A stretch of DNA of 64,000 bases from Candidatus Hodarchaeota archaeon. Lineage in GTDB: Archaea > Asgardarchaeota > Lokiarchaeia > Sigyniarchaeales > SOKP01. Positions 9,030 to 19,115 of this stretch are shown here, piece after piece. How positions within the stretch are numbered: the first letter of the stretch is position 1; each line of letters begins with the position of its first letter. The notes under the pieces are model-generated. The model ran no database searches and was not told the DNA's origin. It saw only the letters and a list, made by a program, of their open reading frames with translations. The translations under genes and the position numbers were made by a program. Where the stretch lies: assembly GCA_048886685.1 (NCBI GenBank), contig JBHLKM010000002.1, positions 39,532 to 103,531 on the forward strand, read 5' to 3'.

Positions 9030-10013
9030 CTAAAATCTTAATGGAAAAGTACGTTCTGGAATAACCGGTTCAATAAACTTCGGCAAAATTCTCGCAGCCA
9101 TTCTTCTTTTTATCAATTTTTTATTAATGATTGCTTTCAAGTGGATTTTTATAATGCGAAATGGACATCTAAGCATGAAATTCATATCATTATAAGGTGT
9201 TTTTCGCAAATTCAGAAAATCAGTAAAGAATCTTTCAGCATTTTTTTGAGATCTAGGCATTTCAAATGAAATAAAACGTTTTGTGATTCTTTCCAGTGAT
9301 GCCGAGTCTCTAAAACAATAAAAATTGGAAGCTCTTAACGCCCACTTTATTGCTTCCAATTGGTATTTAGTTGGATCAAGTTTTTTACGTAATGATATAA
9401 GAATTGAGAAAAAAGAAATCATGAGATTCATTATTGTACTTTTAATCATCTCTAGGAAAGTGATTTGAATTTTAGGTCGAATTTTTTCTTTTATTTCATT
9501 GCCATAAAGAGTAGTACTATTTGTTATAATATTCCCTAGAACTATATTCCTCGGGGCAAAGATTGCTGAAAATACTTTATTCACTCTAAAAATTTTATGG
9601 AAATTTGCTTTTTCCCAATATTTAATTTTTGTTAAGAAATGACTAACAAAAATACCTGTGGTTTGTTGGATTACACCCAATATCTTTTTACTTAATTTCT
9701 TATCAAATTCCCTAAATTTATGTTTAATTTCTAAGGCAATGAAATATTTTTCTATCTCTTTGATATGACGGTTAGAAACTCGATTTTTGAAGATTATGAG
9801 TAAATCACAATCAGAGACTGCAACTGCTTCACTTTTTGCTCTTTGGCTTCCAAATAAAAGGATTGATAAAATTTTATTAATTCCAATCTCTTTATTAACA
9901 AGAGATATTATATCCTTTATGTAATTACGGGATTGCGTATTAATTCCCTGCAGATTGTTAGAAATCTTCTCTTCGAAGACTTTAGTGCTTCTTATGATAT
10001 TTGTATCTTGCAC
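9030..10013 (-). CDS. Nucleotidyltransferase-domain protein (Pol beta superfamily)
   Basis: LLFGS..SDCDLLIIF motif followed by a helical C-terminal region. Confidence 0.75.
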   Translation of the reverse strand: MQDTNIIRSTKVFEEKISNNLQGINTQSRNYIKDIISLVNKEIGINKILSILLFGSQRAKSEAVAVSDCDLLIIFKNRVSNRHIKEIEKYFIALEIKHKFREFDKKLSKKILGVIQQTTGIFVSHFLTKIKYWEKANFHKIFRVNKVFSAIFAPRNIVLGNIITNSTTLYGNEIKEKIRPKIQITFLEMIKSTIMNLMISFFSILISLRKKLDPTKYQLEAIKWALRASNFYCFRDSASLERITKRFISFEMPRSQKNAERFFTDFLNLRKTPYNDMNFMLRCPFRIIKIHLKAIINKKLIKRRMAARILPKFIEPVIPERTFPLRF

Positions 10014-10130
10014 TTTAAATCTTTAAAATTGAGTTAATGTTTTTATTAGGACCTTCTCTTAAATATTATCAACTAAGATTTATAAATATAATAAAAATTG
10101 TATTTATTTATTTTTTTGATTGTGTGAAAG

Positions 10131-12155
10131 TTATTTATCCAGATTATATGCTACTTCAAATCCTTCATGAATTGCTTCCAGCATCGTTCTTGGCTCTTTA
10201 CTGTCCCCAATATTAAATATTTTGTAGGATGGATTCATGGCTTTTACTTTTTCATAAAGATCGGTATTACCCTTCACTCCAGTTGCTAAGATAAATGTAT
10301 CCACATTATCAATTCTATGGGTTTCTTCTTCCTTATCAGAGATCTTAATCTTATACTCAACTGAATTCCCTTCGAATTTTGTGATTTCGGCATTTAAAAT
10401 GGAGTTTATCTGCAATTTCATTGACATACCAATCAAATATCCCCTTGTAGTTCTTCCCACGTTTGTAGCTAGTCTCGGTAATATATCTATTATGGTAACA
10501 TTTCGATTTCCTTTCAGCCATCGTTTGATAATTTCTTCCTGAGGTATCAAGTCATAAAAACTAAGGAAATGTGCAATATCGGAATTAATGGCTCCTAGCT
10601 CGGCAGCCCAAATCGCCGTTTCTAAACCGGTTCCTCCCCCACCAACAACAACGACATTTTTCCCCACAACATGATCTCCGGCTAAAGCTTCATCTGCAAA
10701 ACATATATCACTCCCATTTGAACCGTCAATTCCTGGAATATCCGGGATGGAGAACTTTACTCCAGTTGCGAATATAACAGCATCCGGATTAAAATCATTA
10801 ATAAATTCTGGAGTGGCTTCGGTTGCTATTCTTAATTTTATATGACGATGACGAATTTGTGCTTCATAGTAACTTAACATCTCTGAGATGTTTCTTCTAC
10901 TATGTGGAACAGCCGCAACTTTCATCTGCCCACCTATGGATTCACTTTTTTCTACTATTGTTACATCATGCCCCAGTACTGCAGCAACTCGAGCCGCTTC
11001 AAGTCCACCTGGACCGCTTCCAACGACTAAAACCTTTTGAGGATTATCAGTTTTCTTGCTTAGGTCAATATCCCCTTCTTTGGCTGTAATGTAATTTCTC
11101 ATACATACAACAGATCTACCACTAAAGATTGTATCGAAACAACCTTGATTACAAGCCACGCATTTCATAATATCCCAAAGTCGGTTTTCTTTCGTTTTAT
11201 TGGGTAATTCTGGGTCAACTATCAGTCCTCTTCCCATACAAATTGCATCTACTCTTTCATCTCTTAATATTTGCTCTGCTATTAATGGATCATTTATCCG
11301 ATTTGCCATAAAAACGGGGACATTCACTTCCTTTTTAATGTTCTCACCGAGATATACATATGCTGCTTGCGGTACCATCATAGGAAGTTGCGGAATTCTG
11401 GTCTCGTGCCATCCTCCCGTTACATTTAAAAATTCTATTCCTGCTTCTTCGTAGTGTTTCGAAAAAATTGGGCTTTGCGTCCAATCGTTGGAGTCTGGAA
11501 CGAAATCATCACCAGCAACGCGCATTCCCACTATCATTCTTCCTCCTACTCTCTTTTTCACCAGTTTAATTAACTCGATTGGATATCTTAGACGATTTTC
11601 TAAAGATCCACCATATTCATCGGTTCTTAAGTTGATTTTTGGGCTTAAAAATTGATTAATTAGATAACCTGCGCTTCCGAGTAATTCCACTCCATCGAAA
11701 CCAGCTTCTAATAAACGTTCCGCAGCTAATGCATGCTCTTCCTGTATTTGTTTTATTTCATCAATGGTTAATTCTTTAGGCACCAATCGTGTAAGGTTTG
11801 ATCTCACTGCAGAAGCGGATACTGCTTTTGGACTAGGAAAATATGCGCCTTGATGCATTATTTGTGCCATGACTTTAGCACCGTGTTTATGCATTTTTTC
11901 GGCAAATGCAGTGTATCCAGGAATAAATTTATCATCTCCAATATATGGTGTACCTCCACTATTAGGACTAATTCCTAATCCACCAATTATAATTAATCCT
12001 ACTCCACCCTTTGCTCGTCTTTCGTAAAAATTAGTGAAAACATCATTAACTTCTCCTTTAGGTGTGTAACCCAGACCTAGAGCTGGCATAACAAATCGAT
12101 TTTTTACTTCCAAATCCCGAATTTTTAAAGGCTCAAATATTTTTATGAATTTCAT
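10131..12155 (-). CDS. fadH: NADH:flavin oxidoreductase, 2,4-dienoyl-CoA reductase (FadH)-like
   Basis: OYE barrel (GYLINQFLSP..RTDEYGGSLENR), CVACNQGC Fe-S motif, GSGPGG and GGGGTG Rossmann motifs. Confidence 0.85.
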   Translation of the reverse strand: MKFIKIFEPLKIRDLEVKNRFVMPALGLGYTPKGEVNDVFTNFYERRAKGGVGLIIIGGLGISPNSGGTPYIGDDKFIPGYTAFAEKMHKHGAKVMAQIMHQGAYFPSPKAVSASAVRSNLTRLVPKELTIDEIKQIQEEHALAAERLLEAGFDGVELLGSAGYLINQFLSPKINLRTDEYGGSLENRLRYPIELIKLVKKRVGGRMIVGMRVAGDDFVPDSNDWTQSPIFSKHYEEAGIEFLNVTGGWHETRIPQLPMMVPQAAYVYLGENIKKEVNVPVFMANRINDPLIAEQILRDERVDAICMGRGLIVDPELPNKTKENRLWDIMKCVACNQGCFDTIFSGRSVVCMRNYITAKEGDIDLSKKTDNPQKVLVVGSGPGGLEAARVAAVLGHDVTIVEKSESIGGQMKVAAVPHSRRNISEMLSYYEAQIRHRHIKLRIATEATPEFINDFNPDAVIFATGVKFSIPDIPGIDGSNGSDICFADEALAGDHVVGKNVVVVGGGGTGLETAIWAAELGAINSDIAHFLSFYDLIPQEEIIKRWLKGNRNVTIIDILPRLATNVGRTTRGYLIGMSMKLQINSILNAEITKFEGNSVEYKIKISDKEEETHRIDNVDTFILATGVKGNTDLYEKVKAMNPSYKIFNIGDSKEPRTMLEAIHEGFEVAYNLDK

Positions 12156-12338
12156 TTTCTTTACATTCTCTTTTATAATTATCAATTATTACTAGTTTTG
12201 AATTTTTAATGAGTTTTAAATCTTTTAATAAAATTGAAATTGTTTATACTAAGCTCATAGCTATTCAAAGAGTATAAAATTTCTGATTATAATCAAATAA
12301 GAAGAAGAATATAAGGATTCAGATCAAAAAGAAAACCA

Positions 12339-13136
12339 TCAGCGAAAGTAGGAGTCTGCGCCTTTATCTTCTTGAGGTGGTTTCATAAAATGATCAGCTT
12401 GTTTCTTTAATGATTCAAACACAGTTTCCATTTCTTTTATTTTTTCATTTAGAGTACTGAAATCCATTTCTATTGAAAAATAATCTTTTAATAAAGAAAC
12501 TAGAGCTTTTGATGAACGAGGATCTAAAGTCATTATTGGCAATGGTAATGTCTCCGCCAACAAACATATTCCTGGGGCAAAATTATTTGCACCAGCATAA
12601 GCAGGTATTATCCCATTTGCACCTGAAATATATCCACCTTCATATAACTTTGTATTCTCAAATTTAAGGAATTCATTCACAAGATCCTGATTCGTACCAC
12701 ATACATACACTAAGGGAGAATCATGGACAATATCAGAGATCATTGCTCCAGTACTTAGATACATTCTAACTTTCCTACCTGTGATTTTATCCATTTCTTC
12801 ACAAAATATTTTAGAAAACTCAAAAACACCTTCTGGCGTCTGGGGTTGATACGTAGCAGTTAAAATAAAGAAATCGTTTCCATCTTCTTGATCTGTTGGT
12901 TTATAAAATAATTGTGCTGATGGCATTTCTAATGAGCCTTTTTCTACAATGGATTTTGCTGGAAAATCGAAAAACTGAATATTTAAAAACTCTTTAGCCT
13001 TAATAGAATCTTTTATAGAAGTTATAGCCAATTTCGCAACTAATGCGATTCCTGGGAAGCCTATGAGGATCACGGGATCTTTAATATCTTCGGGTTTTAT
13101 ATCAAACTTTTTTTCTATATTTATGTACATTTTCAT
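12339..13136 (-). CDS. PAC2 family proteasome assembly chaperone
   Basis: LIGFPGIALVAKLA, ISGANG, GICLLAET, DPRSS. Confidence 0.85.
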   Translation of the reverse strand: MKMYINIEKKFDIKPEDIKDPVILIGFPGIALVAKLAITSIKDSIKAKEFLNIQFFDFPAKSIVEKGSLEMPSAQLFYKPTDQEDGNDFFILTATYQPQTPEGVFEFSKIFCEEMDKITGRKVRMYLSTGAMISDIVHDSPLVYVCGTNQDLVNEFLKFENTKLYEGGYISGANGIIPAYAGANNFAPGICLLAETLPLPIMTLDPRSSKALVSLLKDYFSIEMDFSTLNEKIKEMETVFESLKKQADHFMKPPQEDKGADSYFR

Positions 13137-13150
13137 GAATTCGTCTATAA

Positions 13151-14236
13151 TTATTTATTTATAAATGAAAAACTTTCTCCACAATTTGGACAAAATTTCT
13201 TAGGTGTATTTATTTTGTATCCACAAAAAGGACAATAAAATTCACCTTCTAATTGTAATTTTGTTGGGGAAATCTCGTCAACAGACTGATCCTGACTTTG
13301 ATTTAGTCCTATAGGTTGCGAAACTGTCCTCTCATACCTCTCTCTAACGGGTAAATACTGCTTTTGATAGCTAAAGCCTAAATCTTTTTTAGCCTTTAAA
13401 GACGTGAATAATGAAGTTAAGAAGCAGATAAATAACGGTGCAAGTAAAATATCAACTAAATTGACAAGGATTTGATAAATTATAATCATTCCATAATTTC
13501 TCGTACTTGGGGCTTGCCATAAATCATAATTAGACGAGAGAGTATCAGGATCTAAAAAAACATCTATAATTGAATTAAATATAAAACTACAGATGAAAAT
13601 AAAGATAAAATTGATAATAAAAATACTAATCACTTTCCAGAAATTTCCCCTTGAAACATTCCGTGCTTCTTTGATGGGATTTTCAATATCCTCCATATTA
13701 TAAGTAAAGACCAGAAAAATATAAAACCCAAATATAATAATAGCAGGAATAAATAATAGTAAAGAACCTAATGGTATACATATCCCTATTATTAGAATAA
13801 CCAAGAACATTTTTTTTTTAAATGATGATTTGAAAGCCTCTATAAAACGCGTTTCTATATGTAAATGTCTTTTTAATATATAGTTACTAACTGAACACAT
13901 TGCTATTGTAATAATTATTGCCCCAATTAAATTCTCAAGAAATAACAATGCAATATTTAAGAGTAAAAATGATGTTATTAAGTTCCATTCACTTTCAGTA
14001 AGGCTTACGTTATCAGCGAATTTATCCATTATATCTGATATGTTTAATCCAAAAGAATCAATATACCATTTAAGATCTGTTAATATAAAGATATCTAAGA
14101 CAATTAGTAACACTTGAAAGGAGGCAAGAGGTAAAATTAGGGTCCCATAATTTCTGAAAAATAATTTAAATCCATCTAAAATTATATCAGAAAAGCGTCT
14201 ATTAGCAAGATCAACTAATCTTTGTGATTTTTCCAT
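13151..14236 (-). CDS. Multi-pass membrane protein with C-terminal zinc ribbon
   Basis: About 6 TM segments; CPFCG..CPNCG at the C-terminus. Confidence 0.75.
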   Translation of the reverse strand: MEKSQRLVDLANRRFSDIILDGFKLFFRNYGTLILPLASFQVLLIVLDIFILTDLKWYIDSFGLNISDIMDKFADNVSLTESEWNLITSFLLLNIALLFLENLIGAIIITIAMCSVSNYILKRHLHIETRFIEAFKSSFKKKMFLVILIIGICIPLGSLLLFIPAIIIFGFYIFLVFTYNMEDIENPIKEARNVSRGNFWKVISIFIINFIFIFICSFIFNSIIDVFLDPDTLSSNYDLWQAPSTRNYGMIIIYQILVNLVDILLAPLFICFLTSLFTSLKAKKDLGFSYQKQYLPVRERYERTVSQPIGLNQSQDQSVDEISPTKLQLEGEFYCPFCGYKINTPKKFCPNCGESFSFINK

Positions 14237-14353
14237 ACTCTCTATAAAAAAATATTTTATTTATAATTTTTTAGATAAAGATATAATAATCGATTTATTC
14301 ATTACTCTAGAAGGTATTATCTCAGATAAGAATTACTATAAGTTTAACAGTTT

Positions 14354-16240
14354 ATGTTTATCAAAAAACAAACCTCTCGCCAAATCCCAGGAATAATTTC
14401 ATATATGGAATTTTTCCAGTCAAGAAAGTTAGCTTATTCTACTTTTATTGGTACTCCAATTGTAATTGGCTTATTATCGTTAGTTTTACATTATTTTTTA
14501 ATAGATGAAATAGACTTTTTACATTTTTTCAGATTTGTAGGATTATTTTGGTTTGTTTCAGCTTTAGGTGCTAGTTTTTCTATATTATTTTTTTCCAGAA
14601 AAGCACCTATCCTGCGAGCTCCTCCAAATGGATGGGCAATCCAAATGAACGTGTATTTTAGTGCTGTTATAGAATTAATTTTTATTTTTGGACAAATTAT
14701 TGCAATATTGCTCCAAGATATCTGGTATCAAGAGGTATTTTTTATCATGGGAACGATTATATCTTATATTGTTGCTTTTGTCATTTATTTCTCATTTACT
14801 ACTGTAGGTCGTCCAGGATACTTGATTTTATCACTTTTACAGCCTGTAGCTGCTATTATTCTCTATAGCCTTTATACTGGGCAATTTGATTCTGATTTTT
14901 TTATGAGAGCAATAATATTTTTTATTGCATGCGCTCTGTTATTTGCATTTCCATACCGAAGAGGTTTGTTTCAAGTGAGTAATATTTATAAGGAAGCAAC
15001 TGGTATGAGCGGATATCCCTTTATTCGCGCGTTTATTCTTTCTATGATGACAGATGGAAATGATGAGCTTATAGAGAGCTATTTTGAGAGGGTTGGGATA
15101 AATTCTAATGCTAGAATTCAGTATTTAATTATCCGTAGCATATCCTCAAAAGAAATTAAAGGCTTATTCATTATTCCACATATTCATTTCGGACCATTTA
15201 AGTCATGCGGTTCTTCAGATTTACCTGAACATATATATAGAGTATTTAAACACATCCCTGGAACCACAGTATATCATACAACTAATGATCACACTCAAAA
15301 TTTAACTAGTCAAAGCTATGTAGAAATCGTTTTAAAGAAAATAAAGCAAGATATTGAACTTATTAATAATAACCCAGATATTAATTGGGTTAAGGAAGTT
15401 AAAGATTTTTCAAGAAAGATCTCAAATTCTGCCAAACTCATTGGTATTGAAGTTGATAATGTCCCGATGATATTCATTACAAGGCATCCACTTCCTTCTG
15501 ACGATATCGAATCAGGGGTAGGAGATCGAATAAGAAAATATGCAATTTCAAAAGGCCATAAGGATATTATTATTATAGATTCACATAATGCCATTATTGG
15601 TGATGAGGTATTAATTAAAAGGGATTCTATTGAAGCACAAGATTTATTTAATGTAGCACAAAATTTCATTGAAAGTAAAACAGTTCAAGATTCTCAGAAG
15701 GTTCCGATGCGATATGGTGTTGCTAAAGGAGCATTTAAAAATTACTCTGAAAAAGATGGAATAGGTTTAGGCGGAATAGTTGTCCATTTATTTCAAAACA
15801 CCATTACTGATCAAACAACAGCATTAATTCACTTTGATGGAAATAATGCTTTCATAGATATTCGATCTTATATCTTAAATATGCTACAAAACAGAGGAAT
15901 AGAAAGAGGAGAAATTACAACTTCTGATTCACATACAGTAGCAAGACAATTTTCTGCTAGAGGTTATTCCCCCATTGGTGATAAAATAAAAATCGATGAG
16001 ATTCTAGAAAAATTAGATTTTTTAATCCAAGAAGCAGAAAACAATATAGAACCAGTTGAGTTTTATTATAGTGACTCGATAGAACCTAACGTTAAGATTT
16101 GGGGGAACCCAAAGTACTTTAATGCTATTATTGATACACTTAAAGAGGCACTTAGAGTATCTCAGAGCTTATTAACATTTAGTTTAATAATTCCTACGTT
16201 TTTTTCTCTGATATTATTATTTTTTCTCTATAATATCTGA
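14354..16240 (+). CDS. DUF2070 family membrane protein
   Basis: N-terminal TMs; HFGPF..GSSDLP, IDSHN, DGNN, TSDSH motifs; C-terminal TM. Confidence 0.8.
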   Translation: MFIKKQTSRQIPGIISYMEFFQSRKLAYSTFIGTPIVIGLLSLVLHYFLIDEIDFLHFFRFVGLFWFVSALGASFSILFFSRKAPILRAPPNGWAIQMNVYFSAVIELIFIFGQIIAILLQDIWYQEVFFIMGTIISYIVAFVIYFSFTTVGRPGYLILSLLQPVAAIILYSLYTGQFDSDFFMRAIIFFIACALLFAFPYRRGLFQVSNIYKEATGMSGYPFIRAFILSMMTDGNDELIESYFERVGINSNARIQYLIIRSISSKEIKGLFIIPHIHFGPFKSCGSSDLPEHIYRVFKHIPGTTVYHTTNDHTQNLTSQSYVEIVLKKIKQDIELINNNPDINWVKEVKDFSRKISNSAKLIGIEVDNVPMIFITRHPLPSDDIESGVGDRIRKYAISKGHKDIIIIDSHNAIIGDEVLIKRDSIEAQDLFNVAQNFIESKTVQDSQKVPMRYGVAKGAFKNYSEKDGIGLGGIVVHLFQNTITDQTTALIHFDGNNAFIDIRSYILNMLQNRGIERGEITTSDSHTVARQFSARGYSPIGDKIKIDEILEKLDFLIQEAENNIEPVEFYYSDSIEPNVKIWGNPKYFNAIIDTLKEALRVSQSLLTFSLIIPTFFSLILLFFLYNI

Positions 16241-16326
16241 ATTTTTTTCTATGAATATAATTCAATATTTATATAATTCATTCTCTTTATTTTTATTTAT
16301 ACAAATTAAAAAAATCTATACATGAA

Positions 16327-17052
16327 ATGTCATTAGATCCTTTAGATACGTTAAATGGAATATTTTCTCTTGTTTTTGTGGCAATATCTTTATTCGTGGG
16401 CTTTATAATAATCTCTCGATATTTTAAATACAAGGAAAGAGTATATCTTTTAGTTGGTGCTACTTGGGTTTTAATAGCTTCCCCTTGGTGGCCCTCTTGT
16501 ATCTCATTTCTGGTAGCTCTTTCTAATGGCGTTGGAATTACACCTGAATTCTACTTTTTGATAGGAAATATACCTGTCCCCTTGGCAGTGGCACTATGGC
16601 TATTGGCTTTTACAGAGTTCTTATACTCAGAAAAACGTAAGTTAATTCTTTCTATATTCACAGTAATTGGCTTAATCTTTGAAATTTTATTTCTTGTGTT
16701 TCTTTTTCTTAATTCGGATTTTATTGGTGAATTGAACGGGCCCGTAGACGTAAATTATAAATCTTTCATAATGTTTTTTTTGATATCCTATTTACTAATC
16801 GTTGTTATTACTGGATTTTTATTTGCAAATCTTTCTTTAAAATCAAAAGATCCCGAAGTAAAACTTAAAGGTAAATTATTGGTACTCGCATATATCTTCT
16901 TTTCAGTGGGGGCTTTATTAGATTCATCCATACCTTTAAATGAGACATTAATCATAATAACAAGACTAATCTTAATATTAAGTGCATTCTTTTGGTATTC
17001 TGGGTTCTTACTACCAAGGTGGTTGAAAAAATATCTTTTAAAAACAAAGTAA
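16327..17052 (+). CDS. Standalone seven-TM membrane protein (HisKA_7TM-like sensor fold suspected)
   Basis: Seven hydrophobic segments by eye; basic amphipathic tail LPRWLKKYLLK; no soluble domain. Confidence 0.65.
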   Translation: MSLDPLDTLNGIFSLVFVAISLFVGFIIISRYFKYKERVYLLVGATWVLIASPWWPSCISFLVALSNGVGITPEFYFLIGNIPVPLAVALWLLAFTEFLYSEKRKLILSIFTVIGLIFEILFLVFLFLNSDFIGELNGPVDVNYKSFIMFFLISYLLIVVITGFLFANLSLKSKDPEVKLKGKLLVLAYIFFSVGALLDSSIPLNETLIIITRLILILSAFFWYSGFLLPRWLKKYLLKTK

Positions 17053-17151
17053 CCTTTCTATTTTTTCTCTATATTACTTAGATATTATCCAGATTCATAT
17101 TTTTTTTCAATCCATTGTTTCTTAATAATTCATTTAAAGTCATGAATCGTA

Positions 17152-17673
17152 ATGTTAAGTTCAGAACTCGAAAAATTGGTGAAGTTAACGCTTATAGGGT
17201 GTCCCGCTGTTGGAAAAACCACCATAGTTAAACTCTTATCAGAAAATACATTAGATCGCTTTTATATTCCAACTCATGGATTGGATTTAAAATCTATAAA
17301 GTTTGATGATTATTATTTAAGACTTTGGGATTTGGGGGGACAGAATAGTTATTTAAGAACATACTCAAAAGATTACTTGCTTGGATCCGATATTATTTTC
17401 GTAGTAACAGACTCTACACCTCGAAATGTATTAAACTCAAGAGAATTAATTAACTATGCATATCATTTTGTGGGGAAAGAATGTCCGATCATCGCAATAG
17501 CGAATAAGCAGGATTTAAAAGATGGTAGAATGGATGCTAAAAGAGTTGAGGATCTTCTACATGTGAAAACATATGGATTAACAGCTATAGAACCAGCAGA
17601 AAAAATGAAATTAATGAAAATAATAAAAAATGAATTAGAAAAAATCGCAATTAGGAGGGGATTAAAGAAATGA
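17152..17673 (+). CDS. Arf/Rag-like small GTPase with intact motifs
   Basis: GCPAVGKTT, YIPTHG, WDLGGQ, NKQD, LTA. Confidence 0.9.
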   Translation: MLSSELEKLVKLTLIGCPAVGKTTIVKLLSENTLDRFYIPTHGLDLKSIKFDDYYLRLWDLGGQNSYLRTYSKDYLLGSDIIFVVTDSTPRNVLNSRELINYAYHFVGKECPIIAIANKQDLKDGRMDAKRVEDLLHVKTYGLTAIEPAEKMKLMKIIKNELEKIAIRRGLKK

Positions 17674-18230
17674 ATTTTAATGAAGAAGAATTATTTGGGG
17701 CTGCTTTAATTGGATTTGATATGATTGATGGCCCTTTCCTTAAATGGAAAAAAGAATATAATAAAACAAAAAATATGGTAAAGTTAGATGATTTTGCAAT
17801 GAATTTTTATCTCGCCTTTCGAGGTGGAAATGCATCAGGGAAAAAGCCTAGAGCTATTTTATATGACAATTTTTACATAGTAGCTTTTCCAAGAGATTTG
17901 GAGCTCTGTTGTTTGTTTATGAAACCTGAAGATCTTGATGAAAATATTAAGCAATTAAATAAAGTAGCATGTAGAATTATTACAGAAATGGAAATAATAG
18001 AAGAAAATAAAGCAGAAGAACAAGAAGATTCAGATGAAAATACCGTAGAAGAAATAATGAGAATAATTCCTAATTTATTAACAGGAACTAAGATGACGAC
18101 TCCTGAATTGAGAAGATATTTCAAACTTAGTAACTCTCAAATTTGGAAAATAATGTCTGATTTAGAAAATTCGAAAAAAATCAAACGTTCAGAAAAAAAA
18201 GGAAGAGCTCAACTTTGGACGGCACTTTAA
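17670..18230 (+). CDS. Longin/uDENN-like domain plus C-terminal winged helix
   Basis: LIGFDMIDGP hairpin signature, b-b-a-b-b-b-a pattern, acidic linker, wH MTTPELRRYFKLSNSQIWKIMSDLE; ATGA overlap with the GTPase stop. Confidence 0.6.
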   Translation: MNFNEEELFGAALIGFDMIDGPFLKWKKEYNKTKNMVKLDDFAMNFYLAFRGGNASGKKPRAILYDNFYIVAFPRDLELCCLFMKPEDLDENIKQLNKVACRIITEMEIIEENKAEEQEDSDENTVEEIMRIIPNLLTGTKMTTPELRRYFKLSNSQIWKIMSDLENSKKIKRSEKKGRAQLWTAL

Positions 18231-18262
18231 AGCTTATAACTTTTCCATTTTTCCATTTTTTT

Positions 18263-19078
18263 TTATCTTGTCCTATGATCCCAACCTTTCTCCTTAGTAT
18301 AAAGACGAGAAAACATAATATAGCAAATATCAGGTAATTCCTTCTCTAAATTGTGCACTGTAATATATCGAAGAATATGATTCAAAACGAATATACCAAC
18401 AAATTCAGCATGATAACTTCCTAAGTTTTTTTCTAATTTGTTTCCGTGAAATTTAATATCTAATCCATTCTCCTTTTCCCACATAATCTCTGTGAAGATT
18501 TCTGGGAAAATTTCCTTTTTAATTAGCCAACCATTAACAGTTTTCCATACCCTAGCTCCTAAAAAAACCTCAAGTTTTTCTTGATCTTTTTCTAGCAAGA
18601 ATTTGAATGGTTCAGCTCTTTGTAATAATACCTTTTGCATCAAATCTGATTTTGAGTTATAATTCTTTTCAAATGGCTCCTCTTTTTTTAACTTTCTTTC
18701 AATAAAATCCATGACAATATCGATAAAAGTTGCACTATCTTCACCAGGCACCCAAATAACATGCTTACCCGAGAAATAAAATTTAAATTCTGCTTCAATT
18801 CCATCTCCAAATTCATCCCCAAAATAAGTATATGCCATATGAATGTTTACTTCAGGAAACATTTCGAGAGTAATAGTCCAATCCTCGCTAAAACCAATAT
18901 TTTCAATTATTCCCCCAAGATCATTGTTAACTATTGATTCAAGGGCATTTAAATCAACATTTAAGAAGATAGAATATTTATTTTTACTAATATCTCCTAA
19001 TTCTTTCTCATGGGGCCCTCTTACGCCTGTAGCATCAATTTGTCCAATAGTCATGAATTTCCTATTTTCAGAAGGCAT
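18263..19078 (-). CDS. Hypothetical protein with internal duplication (DUF3786-like)
   Basis: WTITLEMFPEVNIHMAY..GDEF and WLIKKEIFPEIFTEIMW repeats. Confidence 0.5.
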   Translation of the reverse strand: MPSENRKFMTIGQIDATGVRGPHEKELGDISKNKYSIFLNVDLNALESIVNNDLGGIIENIGFSEDWTITLEMFPEVNIHMAYTYFGDEFGDGIEAEFKFYFSGKHVIWVPGEDSATFIDIVMDFIERKLKKEEPFEKNYNSKSDLMQKVLLQRAEPFKFLLEKDQEKLEVFLGARVWKTVNGWLIKKEIFPEIFTEIMWEKENGLDIKFHGNKLEKNLGSYHAEFVGIFVLNHILRYITVHNLEKELPDICYIMFSRLYTKEKGWDHRTR

Positions 19079-19115
19079 GAAAATTGTTCACAACACTAAC
19101 TAACAATAAGTAAAG

